This document shows positions 7,377 through 17,182 of a stretch of 34,588 nucleotides of DNA, piece by piece. The stretch lies in the UHGV virus genome UHGV-0091505, one strand, 5' to 3'. Position 1 is the first letter of the stretch. The number at the start of each line of letters is the position of its first letter. The notes under the pieces were generated by a model. The model made no database searches and was not told where the DNA came from. It saw only the letters and a list, made by a program, of their open reading frames with translations. This DNA is from a virus. The position numbers and the translations under genes are program-made.

Positions 7377-9886
7377 TGCGGAATATCTCCGGAGAATCTC
7401 TGACGCTTCTGTGTCAGATCAAGAACAACAGGAGAACCATCATCTTTCAGCAGATAACCAGTACCAAGTTTCACCAGATACTGACTATCGCCGTAACTTT
7501 GCAAACCATACTGACCAGGCGGTGTTTTTATCCCGGTGCCGACAACTTGTTCATTCCAAGCCTGATTAACCTGCTTATCGAATTGCTCTGCAGACATTCC
7601 CCACGGCAAAAGGACATTCCCCATTCCGTTATAGTCATGCACGCCACCTGTAGCTACGTTAACAGCCTGTTTCCAGATATCAGTGTCAATTTCGCCTGAT
7701 ATCACGCCTTTTTTCGCCATCACACCAGCGTAATAGTCCTTTGCGATCTCGTATGCCATTGATGCCCCCTGAGCATCACCAGCAAATGCATCCTTCACCA
7801 TGTCAGAAAACTCAAGGCGAAGATCAGCATCTTTAGGCATCGGAATACCTTTCGCATCATCAGTACCTTTACGAGCCGCCGCGCCAGCAAGAATTGTCTG
7901 CGCAGCGGTTTCAGGAGACACGGAAACATCCGGATTAAACCAGTTTTTTTCTGCCAAAATACCACCAGGCTTGTCCATCAGTATCCCGGCAACGGCAGCA
8001 GATGGAGCGTTGGCACTGATCTGCTGTAGTGCTGACATATACACCTGCCCACCACCAGTGCTCTGCCTGATGGTATCGAGATATGCTGCCTGTTGGGAAA
8101 CTGGAGCATCACGAAAGAAAACACCGATCTGATTGGCCTCGTCTTTGGAAAAGAACGTCAGTGGAGTGCCATATGACTTAGCAAGGTCACTGACCTGAGC
8201 GGCACGCAAGGCAACGCTCTGTCCAAAGTTATCCTTATTGCTCATGTCGATAGGCTTTGCCTGTCCGGAGGCAAGAGAGAACTGCACAGGATCCGACTGC
8301 CGCTGCTTTATCACCTGATTTGCAGCCGAAACAACGTTGTCATAAAGAGCTGCACGAGACGCATAACCCTCCCCTGTCTCACCAGTATCCGGACGTAATT
8401 GCTCAACATATGCGGTAATGCTGCTTGTCGGCATGTTGCGGAAAGAGCCTATATACTGTCCGGCGATCTGCGTATTTCTGAACTCGGTATATCGCAGGTT
8501 TCCTTCTCTGACGCCATAAGCTGCAATAAAATCAGCCTCACCAGGTGGATTAGGAAATTCAACGCCACGCATATACGCAGCCGTCGCATCGCGAACCTGG
8601 CTGTCAATCATCGTTTTATATTCAGCCTGCTGCTGCCGACGCAGTTGATCCGCCTGTCGCATAAAACTTGCCTGCGCCTCAGGAGATGCCGCATCGAATG
8701 CTGCATTACCGGTATAGCGTTTGGTGTTGGTTGGAATTGTTGATAAACCAAGTGCTGCACTGACACCAGCAGTTAACTGCTGATCACTGTATGGCTGACT
8801 ACCGTTCTCATGATGGATAATGGCTGCACAAAGCGCCTTCAGGGTATCAGGATTTGATGCATCGAGAGGCTCATCAGCAGAAACGCCAAGTTGTTCGCAC
8901 ACTGCTTTGATATACGACATAGTGTCATTTTTATCAGTAGGCGGTGCCCAGCGATTAATTATCTCGCTGACGGTATCGATACCCTGCCGCTGATACGACA
9001 TCAGGTTACGCCCTAATGCACGAATCCCGTGCTCAGGTGTTTCGAATTTAGCAAATCGACCATCATCACCGGTCTGGCCTACCCACGGATTAGTTTTGCT
9101 GTATTCGAGATTTCCTGGGTTATTGTTGCGTATGCCACGGGCACGCTCGGAAGAGTCACTATCTGCTACAGCACGGCGAGCTCCAGCAGCAGTATCACTT
9201 AACTCGCCATTACTTTGGATGAATGCGGTCGCATTGTTTGCCGACCACTGGGACAATGCGGCATCAGCAACCTTCTCTTTAAACTCGATTTTCTTGGCCT
9301 GGATTTGCTCGTCGCTCCAGCCATGCGCAATGCCGTAATCCTCAATTTGCTGGAAAGTTTGCTTATTAGCCAATACGTATGCGGCGTTGTCGCCATACAA
9401 TGCTGCGGCATTTTTACCATTGTTCAGCAGCGTCGCCTGAAACTGGCCTTCTTCGTAGGCATTTATTTGCCCTATCTCGTGCCGCCCGGCCTGCGTAGTG
9501 AACTGAATGCGCTGCTGCTGAGCCTGCTGCATGAAAGCATTACGAGCCTGTTCATCCGGCAGCGACATAGCCAGTTGTTCGACCTGAGCATCAAACTGCT
9601 GCGTATACTCCTGACCTTTTCCAATAGCATTTTTCCCTTTCAGGTTAAGCAAACCTGTTTCAGGGTTATTCAGCAGATCGCTGCTTATCTGGCTTAAGCT
9701 AAGAGAAGCATCCTGAGCCATAGCAACATTCGCGCGCTGTTTTGCCTGCGCAATAATACCTGCATATTGCTCTGCAACATCGCCAAGTACATCACCGACA
9801 TTTGGTGTCTGAAACGATGAGAATCCCTGCGTCGAAATCCCTCTGCTCTGAACCTGACGGCCCGATGTTGTTGGTACAACTGGCAT
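7373..9886 (-). CDS. internal virion protein (gp15-like position)
   Basis: 837-aa ORF in the core-protein block; contains a conserved-looking segment GIRNNNPGNLEYSKTNPWVGQ..FAKFETPEHGIRALGRNL of unknown function. Confidence 0.5.
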   Translation of the reverse strand: MPVVPTTSGRQVQSRGISTQGFSSFQTPNVGDVLGDVAEQYAGIIAQAKQRANVAMAQDASLSLSQISSDLLNNPETGLLNLKGKNAIGKGQEYTQQFDAQVEQLAMSLPDEQARNAFMQQAQQQRIQFTTQAGRHEIGQINAYEEGQFQATLLNNGKNAAALYGDNAAYVLANKQTFQQIEDYGIAHGWSDEQIQAKKIEFKEKVADAALSQWSANNATAFIQSNGELSDTAAGARRAVADSDSSERARGIRNNNPGNLEYSKTNPWVGQTGDDGRFAKFETPEHGIRALGRNLMSYQRQGIDTVSEIINRWAPPTDKNDTMSYIKAVCEQLGVSADEPLDASNPDTLKALCAAIIHHENGSQPYSDQQLTAGVSAALGLSTIPTNTKRYTGNAAFDAASPEAQASFMRQADQLRRQQQAEYKTMIDSQVRDATAAYMRGVEFPNPPGEADFIAAYGVREGNLRYTEFRNTQIAGQYIGSFRNMPTSSITAYVEQLRPDTGETGEGYASRAALYDNVVSAANQVIKQRQSDPVQFSLASGQAKPIDMSNKDNFGQSVALRAAQVSDLAKSYGTPLTFFSKDEANQIGVFFRDAPVSQQAAYLDTIRQSTGGGQVYMSALQQISANAPSAAVAGILMDKPGGILAEKNWFNPDVSVSPETAAQTILAGAAARKGTDDAKGIPMPKDADLRLEFSDMVKDAFAGDAQGASMAYEIAKDYYAGVMAKKGVISGEIDTDIWKQAVNVATGGVHDYNGMGNVLLPWGMSAEQFDKQVNQAWNEQVVGTGIKTPPGQYGLQSYGDSQYLVKLGTGYLLKDDGSPVVLDLTQKRQRFSGDIPQ

Positions 9887-9898
9887 CTTATTATCCCC

Positions 9899-10438
9899 TT
9901 ATCGACCGGTTGGAGTGCCAACAGCAGCAGAAATCGGCGCAGCCTTCTGAGAGAACGGGCTCCACGTTCCTCCGCCCATCTGGTATGCACCGTATGCTTT
10001 TAGTGGTGCCGTTAACAAAGTGCTGGTCATCGATGATTTAGCAGCCGACTGAGCAGCAGCCCCCTGTGCCCGAGCATTCATTCCCTGAACCTGATACCCA
10101 TATGCCTCACGCTGAGCGTTATTCACTGTCGTTAACGCATCAAGAGTGCCGAACTGAGCATTATCCGCAAAAACGTCAAGAGCTGTTCCGCTACTTAATT
10201 CCGCACCGGTAGCCCCCATAGTGGCCGCCGCAGTGCCTGAGCGTTGACGCATTTCACGACGACGCTGATCCGCTTCAATATTCCCACGATTGATTGAATC
10301 CTGTGCCTGAGCTTCAGCAATTTCAGCATTCCGATCAGCTATGGCTGACTGGTATTTTGCCTGCTTGCTCTGGCTGTACATTGACGCGGCTGTGGATGCC
10401 ACTGTGACGGCAACCAATGCGATGGCTGGGTTACACAT
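9899..10438 (-). CDS. internal virion protein B-like (small Ala/Gly-rich structural protein)
   Basis: 179 aa, hydrophobic N-terminus, low complexity; position equivalent to T7 gp14. Confidence 0.4.
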   Translation of the reverse strand: MCNPAIALVAVTVASTAASMYSQSKQAKYQSAIADRNAEIAEAQAQDSINRGNIEADQRRREMRQRSGTAAATMGATGAELSSGTALDVFADNAQFGTLDALTTVNNAQREAYGYQVQGMNARAQGAAAQSAAKSSMTSTLLTAPLKAYGAYQMGGGTWSPFSQKAAPISAAVGTPTGR

Positions 10439-10902
10439 TATTTTCTCTCCATGTGAAATCTGTGGAAATTAAGACCAAGAGCACCATAAGGCGCGGCTTC
10501 TTCAAGCCTGAATCCAAGCCAGTGCAGCCATGCTTTGGCAACATGGTTTCGCTCGTCGACGTAGTTTTCCAGGCGCGGATAAACTGCCAGCATCTGCTGC
10601 AATACAGGGCGGCAGTGGCGCAGAAATGTCTTCTGATATTTTTCAATACGGCTGGTTCCGACCAGCCAGGGCGTACCATTGCCACCGATCATTGACGCCG
10701 GAGATACGCCAAACATGGTTACCAGTTCTCCGTTCGCAAATCCTGACCAGGCCATAGTCGCAGTACGCAGACCAACACGCAGCGCATCTTCGGTAGTCAT
10801 CAGTGATACCGCATACAGTTCGTCAATATCAGCCTGACGAACATCCGGCAAAATCATCTGAAGATGCTCTTCGGTTGCGGGAATAATTCGAACATCGATC
10901 AT
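10438..10902 (-). CDS. internal virion protein A-like / virion assembly protein
   Basis: 154 aa, overlapping-stop coupling with flanking genes; position equivalent to T7 gp13. Confidence 0.4.
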   Translation of the reverse strand: MIDVRIIPATEEHLQMILPDVRQADIDELYAVSLMTTEDALRVGLRTATMAWSGFANGELVTMFGVSPASMIGGNGTPWLVGTSRIEKYQKTFLRHCRPVLQQMLAVYPRLENYVDERNHVAKAWLHWLGFRLEEAAPYGALGLNFHRFHMERK

Positions 10903-13373
10903 CAGAATCCCCCAACAGTAAGGCGAGGAATAACGGCAAGAACAGACAGCGGCAACGGGTCAAGCTGACGGATTTTTACACGTCCGTTTTTGCCCCAGTT
11001 ACTGTCCAGTTTCACTTCTACTTTTCCGGTAGCGTCATCAACAGGATTATCGTAGAACTCGAATTCACGCTGTGGATATTCGTACCATTTACCGCCGGAC
11101 GTAGTCGCCCAGATGCCGCGACTGGCATTCACAACCAGAGTAACGGAGGGGATCACCTGTTTTTTGTCCAGCAGTGTTTCCTGTCCGTTAATGTTGATAT
11201 CCAGTGTTTCGAATTCAGCAGTTATTGGCAGGCCGATGTGCACTACAGCCCCCGGAGATTCCAGTGTGACGGCACCTCCGGAAACAACTTTCTGTGGCTC
11301 AACATTCGCATCAGAAAGAATGTTTACGGTCTGTCCTTCAAGATGAGACAGGCCTCCAAATGTCCGGCGCGCCATCTGCCAGTTCGTGGTGGCCACATTC
11401 CTGAGGGATGGCGGGACGTTCCTGTTAGCACGAACCACTACAGCGGTATTGCTGGTTACAGAAATAATGTCGCAACGTAATTCTTTTGACACTTCATCGC
11501 CAGTACCAGGATCAGCTCCGGTATAAGGGAACTGTAGTTGCGCACCGACATCACTACCGGTGAAGTACGCACCACCAGAAACACTGATTGTATATTCCGC
11601 ACGGTAATCCCATTCACCAGAACCACCAGTGATGGTCATCGTTCTGTCAGACGTATTTCTTCCATCATAGCTAAGGCCAGAATCAACAAAGAAAGCATCT
11701 TCATCGCTGGTAAATAAACGGCTGGACAGTCTCTCGATGTATCTCACTGTTTGCCCGTTAACGGTACGGTTAACGACGAAATACACTGCATCTTCATTGC
11801 CTTCGCTGATGCTGCATGTGCTTTCATATTTTCCGGCACTGGATTGTGGTGCCCATGCAAAAACCTGCTGATCACGCAGATAGGTCATCACCAATAATTT
11901 ACCGTCATCACGAATGCAGAATGCGCTGGAGTAAGGGACAATCGAGAAGCACCAGTCAACAATGCTGTGCTTCTGAAAAAGATGATTGGCAAGGATGGTC
12001 AGGTCGTTCCCCTGATAGCCGTCAACATCGAATGAGTAGGCCAGATCACGGACAACACTGCCTTTCTCCTGGACGAACAGAGCAATATTCGCTACGGCAA
12101 TTGGTGGGACATTACTCGAGCCATTTGATCCCTGAGAGCTGAATGCAAATGATGATGGGGTTAACACTTTGTTCTGGTCGCCGGTGATGACGTACTCACC
12201 TCCGGAAGTCAGCGCCACCAGAGAACCAACATCAATCAGGTGACGGATCTCATTAACCTGACGCCCGGCATAGGTGTAGATAATTCTGTCGTCATCCTGC
12301 GTAGGATTGCTTTTGCCAAAATCCTTATAATCCCCGGTACGGCTGGCCCAGATAGTCTGAGGGAACGCAGTCGATGCGGCGAAGTAAAGACGTTGTTGAT
12401 AATAAACAACAGTGCCAGGATAACCATTAACACTGTTCCAGGCATATTTAGCCCATTTATAGCTGGCATTATCCTCGCCCACGACCTGCGAAGGGATATA
12501 GGAAATCACCTCGGCAGTTGCAGTAGTTCCATTTGCAGCAGTGATACGGGCAATGCCAAAACCACTGTGCAGATATTCCCACTCAATGCCAGTATCATCA
12601 TCACCGGATCCGCCCCAGCCATCCCATGATGTGCCTTCTGTATGCGAAGGGCGCAAAGTACCTGTTTTGCCTGCTGTAACGGCGCGATAGTAGTTACTGT
12701 CTGCACGGCGAATATCGCCAATCGACGTACTCTTACTGGTTTCCCATACCGGCACAGAATCCACTGCAGGTTGTTCCAGATAGAACAATTTGCCTGCCTG
12801 CTCCGCGCCAAAAATAGAGGCGCTTGCCGTTAACGTAATTGTCCCGGTGCTGGCGCTGGCATAAACCGTCACTGACTCATCAATATTGATATCTTCAAAT
12901 GGCCCGTTCTTCGTTACCACATCAACCAGTTGCCAGTTGTCATGCGCATAGCGGCGCAGCTCTTTCGGCGGGTATGCCGGGTGAACCAGCGTAAGCACGT
13001 CGGCGCTTTGCGTGAATTTAATTCGGAACAGATCGGCTTCAGTATATGGCGTGGCAATTTCATAAATAACATTGCTGCTGTTCAGCACCAACGCACCATC
13101 TTTGATAACGCGCATGTACTGGTGTCCGAACTCCAGAGCATAGGTCTGAACCGTCGAGAACTGGAACGGGATCAGGCGGCATTTCCGATTTGGGTATTTG
13201 GCGGCACCGACAAAACGCGTACCAGGTCGATTCTCAACGCCGCCATACTGCCGCACGATAAAGTTATCGCACTTGCGCAATGCCACCTGGTACTTCGCCA
13301 TGTCGATACGACCGTACAACGACGGTCCAATCTCACCACCGGCAAAGCTGGGCTGGATCCAACTGATAGCCAT
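10902..13373 (-). CDS. tail tubular protein B-like (nozzle)
   Basis: 823 aa immediately after a ~200-aa gp11-like gene, matching the T7 gp11/gp12 size and order. Confidence 0.5.
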   Translation of the reverse strand: MAISWIQPSFAGGEIGPSLYGRIDMAKYQVALRKCDNFIVRQYGGVENRPGTRFVGAAKYPNRKCRLIPFQFSTVQTYALEFGHQYMRVIKDGALVLNSSNVIYEIATPYTEADLFRIKFTQSADVLTLVHPAYPPKELRRYAHDNWQLVDVVTKNGPFEDINIDESVTVYASASTGTITLTASASIFGAEQAGKLFYLEQPAVDSVPVWETSKSTSIGDIRRADSNYYRAVTAGKTGTLRPSHTEGTSWDGWGGSGDDDTGIEWEYLHSGFGIARITAANGTTATAEVISYIPSQVVGEDNASYKWAKYAWNSVNGYPGTVVYYQQRLYFAASTAFPQTIWASRTGDYKDFGKSNPTQDDDRIIYTYAGRQVNEIRHLIDVGSLVALTSGGEYVITGDQNKVLTPSSFAFSSQGSNGSSNVPPIAVANIALFVQEKGSVVRDLAYSFDVDGYQGNDLTILANHLFQKHSIVDWCFSIVPYSSAFCIRDDGKLLVMTYLRDQQVFAWAPQSSAGKYESTCSISEGNEDAVYFVVNRTVNGQTVRYIERLSSRLFTSDEDAFFVDSGLSYDGRNTSDRTMTITGGSGEWDYRAEYTISVSGGAYFTGSDVGAQLQFPYTGADPGTGDEVSKELRCDIISVTSNTAVVVRANRNVPPSLRNVATTNWQMARRTFGGLSHLEGQTVNILSDANVEPQKVVSGGAVTLESPGAVVHIGLPITAEFETLDININGQETLLDKKQVIPSVTLVVNASRGIWATTSGGKWYEYPQREFEFYDNPVDDATGKVEVKLDSNWGKNGRVKIRQLDPLPLSVLAVIPRLTVGGF

Positions 13374-13981
13374 CAGGACAACCTCGCAATGGTAAACTCG
13401 TCAACCGGTGGCTGTGGTTCCTGTGATTCATTCTGGCTATGCGAGCCAGCACTAAGAATCACGCGATTGTACATATTGAGGGCAAACGTACCGAGGTCTG
13501 CATTCCCAGTCAGCGCCATGTTAATAGCTGCCGCAAGACGCCAGGCCAACGCCTCCATAAAAATGGCATCAAACATGTTCACATCTGAAACGCGAGAGAC
13601 ATACTTGAGCCATGCCTGCGGCTGGTCTGTGTAGATCAACTTTCCTGTTCCGTTGGTGTCTGCACCAACTTCGTACTGAACGCGCATTGCTGCTGTTGGA
13701 TTGCGTACACCAGGAAGCATAATTTCAGTAATGCGCAGACAATCGGACGGGTACTGGTACGCATATTCCCAGTCAGGCGGTGGATTGCTCGTATCTGCAA
13801 GCGCCACGCGTTTGGTAGCAAAGTTCCAGTCAAAATCAGAAAGAACAGCATCACGGCAGGCCTCAAAGTGCAGCGAACATTCCCCCGCTTCCTTGCTGGC
13901 TTCCGTCAGGCTGTTAATGCTGCGGCTGTTGCCAATATTGGACAGCGCACGATTACAGATCTCTACTACAGAGGCCATCAC
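13373..13981 (-). CDS. tail tubular protein A-like (adaptor)
   Basis: 202 aa; N-terminal pattern (ICNRALSNIG....W.F) resembles T7 gp11-type adaptor proteins; position after head genes. Confidence 0.5.
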   Translation of the reverse strand: MMASVVEICNRALSNIGNSRSINSLTEASKEAGECSLHFEACRDAVLSDFDWNFATKRVALADTSNPPPDWEYAYQYPSDCLRITEIMLPGVRNPTAAMRVQYEVGADTNGTGKLIYTDQPQAWLKYVSRVSDVNMFDAIFMEALAWRLAAAINMALTGNADLGTFALNMYNRVILSAGSHSQNESQEPQPPVDEFTIARLS

Positions 13982-14301
13982 TCACCTCCGTTACCGTACA
14001 GAGTTTCAGCCGCTGATTTTTCTACATCCCTGGAAACAGGAGCGATCGCCATATCAGTGATCTGCAGATCGGCGCTGCGATTAACACCATCGTCAGTTTC
14101 TCTGGCAGACAGGCCTCGAATAACAGCCTTTGCAGTTATCATCACTTCTGTTCCGACGCCCTGAGGTTGCGCCTTCAGCTTATTCAATGTGTCGTTATTA
14201 AGAGTGATGCACAGCCCCCACGGGTATTCATCGCGAGTTCTGGTTTCTCCGCTCTCATCCTGGTAGCTGTCAGTGCCGGTTTTGAGGTTTACGAGTTCCA
14301 T
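13978..14301 (-). CDS. hypothetical virion protein
   Basis: Likely start is the ATG at 14301-14299 preceded by AGGAG (the track start at 14307 is a GTG two codons upstream). Confidence 0.45.
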   Translation of the reverse strand: MELVNLKTGTDSYQDESGETRTRDEYPWGLCITLNNDTLNKLKAQPQGVGTEVMITAKAVIRGLSARETDDGVNRSADLQITDMAIAPVSRDVEKSAAETLYGNGGE

Positions 14302-14317
14302 ATACACTCCTGCAATA

Positions 14318-14335
14318 AAGGGGCCGAAGCCCCTT
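14318..14335 (-). terminator. GC-rich hairpin with UUCG tetraloop (attenuator/terminator-like) in the head gene block
   Basis: On minus strand AAGGGGC-UUCG-GCCCCUU between the 114-aa and 109-aa genes; only a short U tract follows. Confidence 0.35.
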
Positions 14336-14351
14336 GTCTGATCCGCGAGGC

Positions 14352-14696
14352 TTACACGCCCAGTTCTTTACGCTTATCTGCGATCTTCTCGCGGAGCGTT
14401 TCGGCTTTGGCGTTATGGTGTGGCTTCTCGTTAAAGAGCAATTCGTACTCTTCACGGAGCTTATCCAGTTCACCATCATCTGACACATCGTTGATGATTT
14501 TGGTGCTGGTTGCTGCCATTGACACCTTTCCTGCAACTTTTGCTTTTGCCTGTCTGGCTGCATCGTTAACAGGTTCCAGTGCGCTACCAGGCTCACCTTC
14601 GTATTCGATTTCTGCCCCCTCCGGCCACAGAGTGTTATGGATATGAGAGAGGCGCAGAACGCGGTATCTTGGTTTCTCACCTGACATCGATATCAC
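14352..14696 (-). CDS. hypothetical head-associated protein
   Basis: 114-aa ORF, charged, between the decoration-like gene and the hairpin. Confidence 0.4.
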   Translation of the reverse strand: MISMSGEKPRYRVLRLSHIHNTLWPEGAEIEYEGEPGSALEPVNDAARQAKAKVAGKVSMAATSTKIINDVSDDGELDKLREEYELLFNEKPHHNAKAETLREKIADKRKELGV

Positions 14697-14697
14697 C

Positions 14698-15135
14698 TTA
14701 ACCAGTTACTTTTGAGCGGATCGGATACGGCGTATTGGCATCAACATCAAGACTGATACCAGCAGTGAATTCGCCATCCGTTAGTGGGCCAGTTGCGACG
14801 GAGTAGTTAACACGCAGATATCGCTGAACACCGGCAGGAACCTTTGCAGAAACAACTCGTTTACCTGCTGTCAGGGCGGTCTTTGCCAGTGCACCACTAT
14901 CATAAATAGTGGTCCATGAGCTGTTATCCTCACTCGTCTGCAACTGGATGTTTACAGTTGCATCACCGCTTGCTGCGGCGGCTGTGTTAACCAGCACCCA
15001 AAACTCAAGCGGGTAACCCACGCCGATATCACGACGTTTTCCGTCAATTGGACCGAGATCGATTACGTCAGTAGAAGCCGCGGTATTCGTAACCGCCTGA
15101 GCTTCGGAGAACATCAACAGTTTGTCGGTGATCAT
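14698..15135 (-). CDS. putative capsid decoration / cement protein
   Basis: 145-aa ORF directly downstream of the major capsid gene; beta-rich composition; assignment by position. Confidence 0.4.
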   Translation of the reverse strand: MITDKLLMFSEAQAVTNTAASTDVIDLGPIDGKRRDIGVGYPLEFWVLVNTAAAASGDATVNIQLQTSEDNSSWTTIYDSGALAKTALTAGKRVVSAKVPAGVQRYLRVNYSVATGPLTDGEFTAGISLDVDANTPYPIRSKVTG

Positions 15136-15186
15136 CTTCTTTCTCCATTAGTGGGTCTGTTACGACCCACAGGTTAATAACAGGCG

Positions 15187-16173
15187 TTACACCACGCGGG
15201 CTTCTGTTTCCAGAAGCGCATCAGTTTCACGGATTGGTACACCACGGAATGAAGTCCACCACTCGCCTTCTGTCTCTTTTACGCTGATCGCCAGAGATGT
15301 TTTCTCCAGAGATTGCAGATCAAGAGCCTGGCCTACAGTGCGGTTCATGTAGAACACCGGGCGGCCCATGCCACGATTTGGAATGCGATGCAGTGCTTTA
15401 ACCATCAATTTCGCAATATTTGCGGCAGAGGAAGGTTCTGAAAGATTGCTGACATCGATGTTTGCAATGCGAACAACATAACGCCAGTCACGCAGAGCAA
15501 GCCCGTTGTCCCATTTGTAATGGGTACGGTAGCCTTCGTACTTGCCGCCATTCGCATCTTCCAGTGTCACCTGGCCTTTATCTTCCATCTGAATGCCAGC
15601 CTTCTGCCCTTTCGGGAAGATGCCATGCACGGTGTTTTCGCCCCACACCACTAACCAGATTGAGGTGTTATCTGTACCCGTGCCACCAGCATCAATGATG
15701 TTCTGAGCATTACCTGCAGACAGGCTGGAATAGCGGGAGGACAGTCCCATAAACTGCTGAGGGTTAACGCTGGAATCACCATAAAACAGCGTCTGCGCCA
15801 TCTGCTGATTCATCGCTTCAATAAATGCGCGGTCTTCAGACAGGCGGAATTCGGCGGTATTACCGTTCAGATCAGCCAGTGACTTATCGACTTCAGCATA
15901 GGTTTCCAGCATGCCCACGGAATCGGTTACCTGCACTGTGGTTGATTTGCTTGGCTGTACGCCATAGTTCAGCAAACGCCAGGTAGCTGAAGGTAAACCA
16001 GAACGAATGGTGGTTCGGTGTCCGGTAGGAAGGTTACCTTCGACAAAAGGCATATCCTGAAGGATCGGGTTAGTTTGACCGAGAAGCTCGATAATCTTAT
16101 CGACTTTCCCGTTTGGATCGACGCGCTTACCCCAGTCAGCCAGCGTTAGCGCAGTTAAGCCTTTAACAGCCAT
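15187..16173 (-). CDS. major capsid protein
   Basis: About 328 aa following the scaffold gene; probable start is the third codon ATG (16173), which has proper spacing from GAGAGGA; size and order match T7/epsilon15-type capsid genes. Confidence 0.75.
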   Translation of the reverse strand: MAVKGLTALTLADWGKRVDPNGKVDKIIELLGQTNPILQDMPFVEGNLPTGHRTTIRSGLPSATWRLLNYGVQPSKSTTVQVTDSVGMLETYAEVDKSLADLNGNTAEFRLSEDRAFIEAMNQQMAQTLFYGDSSVNPQQFMGLSSRYSSLSAGNAQNIIDAGGTGTDNTSIWLVVWGENTVHGIFPKGQKAGIQMEDKGQVTLEDANGGKYEGYRTHYKWDNGLALRDWRYVVRIANIDVSNLSEPSSAANIAKLMVKALHRIPNRGMGRPVFYMNRTVGQALDLQSLEKTSLAISVKETEGEWWTSFRGVPIRETDALLETEARVV

Positions 16174-16187
16174 TGTCATTTCCTCTC

Positions 16188-16889
16188 TTATTTGCCATAG
16201 AGCACTTCGGCCGCACTACGCTGGCCTTCATTACCACCGGTGACCATGCCATCTTCAGACATCGCCTTTCCGATTTTCACGAACGTTTTGACCAGATCAG
16301 GGTGATTACCCAGCCCGGTGGCGTTCAGATACTCTTTGAGTTCAGGTGTCCCGAACTGGTCAAGCGCACGCTGTGCGGCGCTAAGGTTAGAAATCAACTT
16401 GTCGCCACCGATTTCTTTGTCAGCTTTTACATCCGCAGCCCACTGCTCGGTTGTTTTCTGCCAGGCTTCTGCCTGGCGCTGCTGAACACCTGCCAGAATC
16501 TTCGGGTAAGCATCAACCAGCTTTTGCGCTTGCTCGTTGGTCAGGTTAAGTTCTCGCGCCACCGGCTCGAATTCCTTCAACGCTTCTGTATCCAGCTCTA
16601 CGCCTTCGGCAGCCTGAAACTCGTACTTCTCAGGCGCCCCCTCCGGTTTATCGCCGTCCTTTTTTTCACCCTGCTTATCGCTTTCAGGCTTTTTGTCATC
16701 AGCAGGTTTATCGCCATCAGCAACAGGTTGTGTCTTATCACCTTCCTGTTGTGATGGATCACCAACTGGAGCAGGGTTATCACCTGCAGGCGCTGACGGT
16801 TCTGACGCAGCCGGAGCTGCTCCACCATCGACTGGTTGCTCATTGCAAAGACGGCGATACAGCAAACGCTCAAATAAATTCATGATCAC
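16188..16889 (-). CDS. scaffolding protein
   Basis: 233 aa, acidic Pro/Asp/Lys-rich low-complexity N-half and helical C-half, located between portal and capsid. Confidence 0.6.
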   Translation of the reverse strand: MIMNLFERLLYRRLCNEQPVDGGAAPAASEPSAPAGDNPAPVGDPSQQEGDKTQPVADGDKPADDKKPESDKQGEKKDGDKPEGAPEKYEFQAAEGVELDTEALKEFEPVARELNLTNEQAQKLVDAYPKILAGVQQRQAEAWQKTTEQWAADVKADKEIGGDKLISNLSAAQRALDQFGTPELKEYLNATGLGNHPDLVKTFVKIGKAMSEDGMVTGGNEGQRSAAEVLYGK

Positions 16890-17182
16890 TCCTGTTCACT
16901 GGCCTCTTTGGCCATCTTCAAATACTGTTCAGGGCAATGCGCCATAACGCGCTGAAACAGTTCCAGCGCCAGATTGCGTTGCCCCTCATTAAATGCCATT
17001 GCCATAGCGTCCATCGGTGAGATAGCGGAAAACACCAGGCCTTTCTCCAGCACAGACCAGACAACGCGACGCCCCTGTTCACTGCTCATGACAAAGCGAA
17101 TGTCATCAATTTCACGCTGTGCCATGTCACGTTGCTTACGGGCGTTTTCTTCTTTCAGTTGATCATCTTCGTATTCTGTCAT
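16886..17182 (-). CDS. hypothetical protein (between portal and scaffold)
   Basis: 98-aa ORF translationally coupled to the portal and scaffold genes. Confidence 0.45.
   Translation of the reverse strand: MTEYEDDQLKEENARKQRDMAQREIDDIRFVMSSEQGRRVVWSVLEKGLVFSAISPMDAMAMAFNEGQRNLALELFQRVMAHCPEQYLKMAKEASEQE

Noticed and set aside
12930-13634. 234-aa plus-strand ORF antisense to the tail tubular genes
   Set aside because: Entirely embedded opposite two well-supported, tightly coupled structural genes; no SD; composition typical of antisense reading of GC-biased coding DNA.
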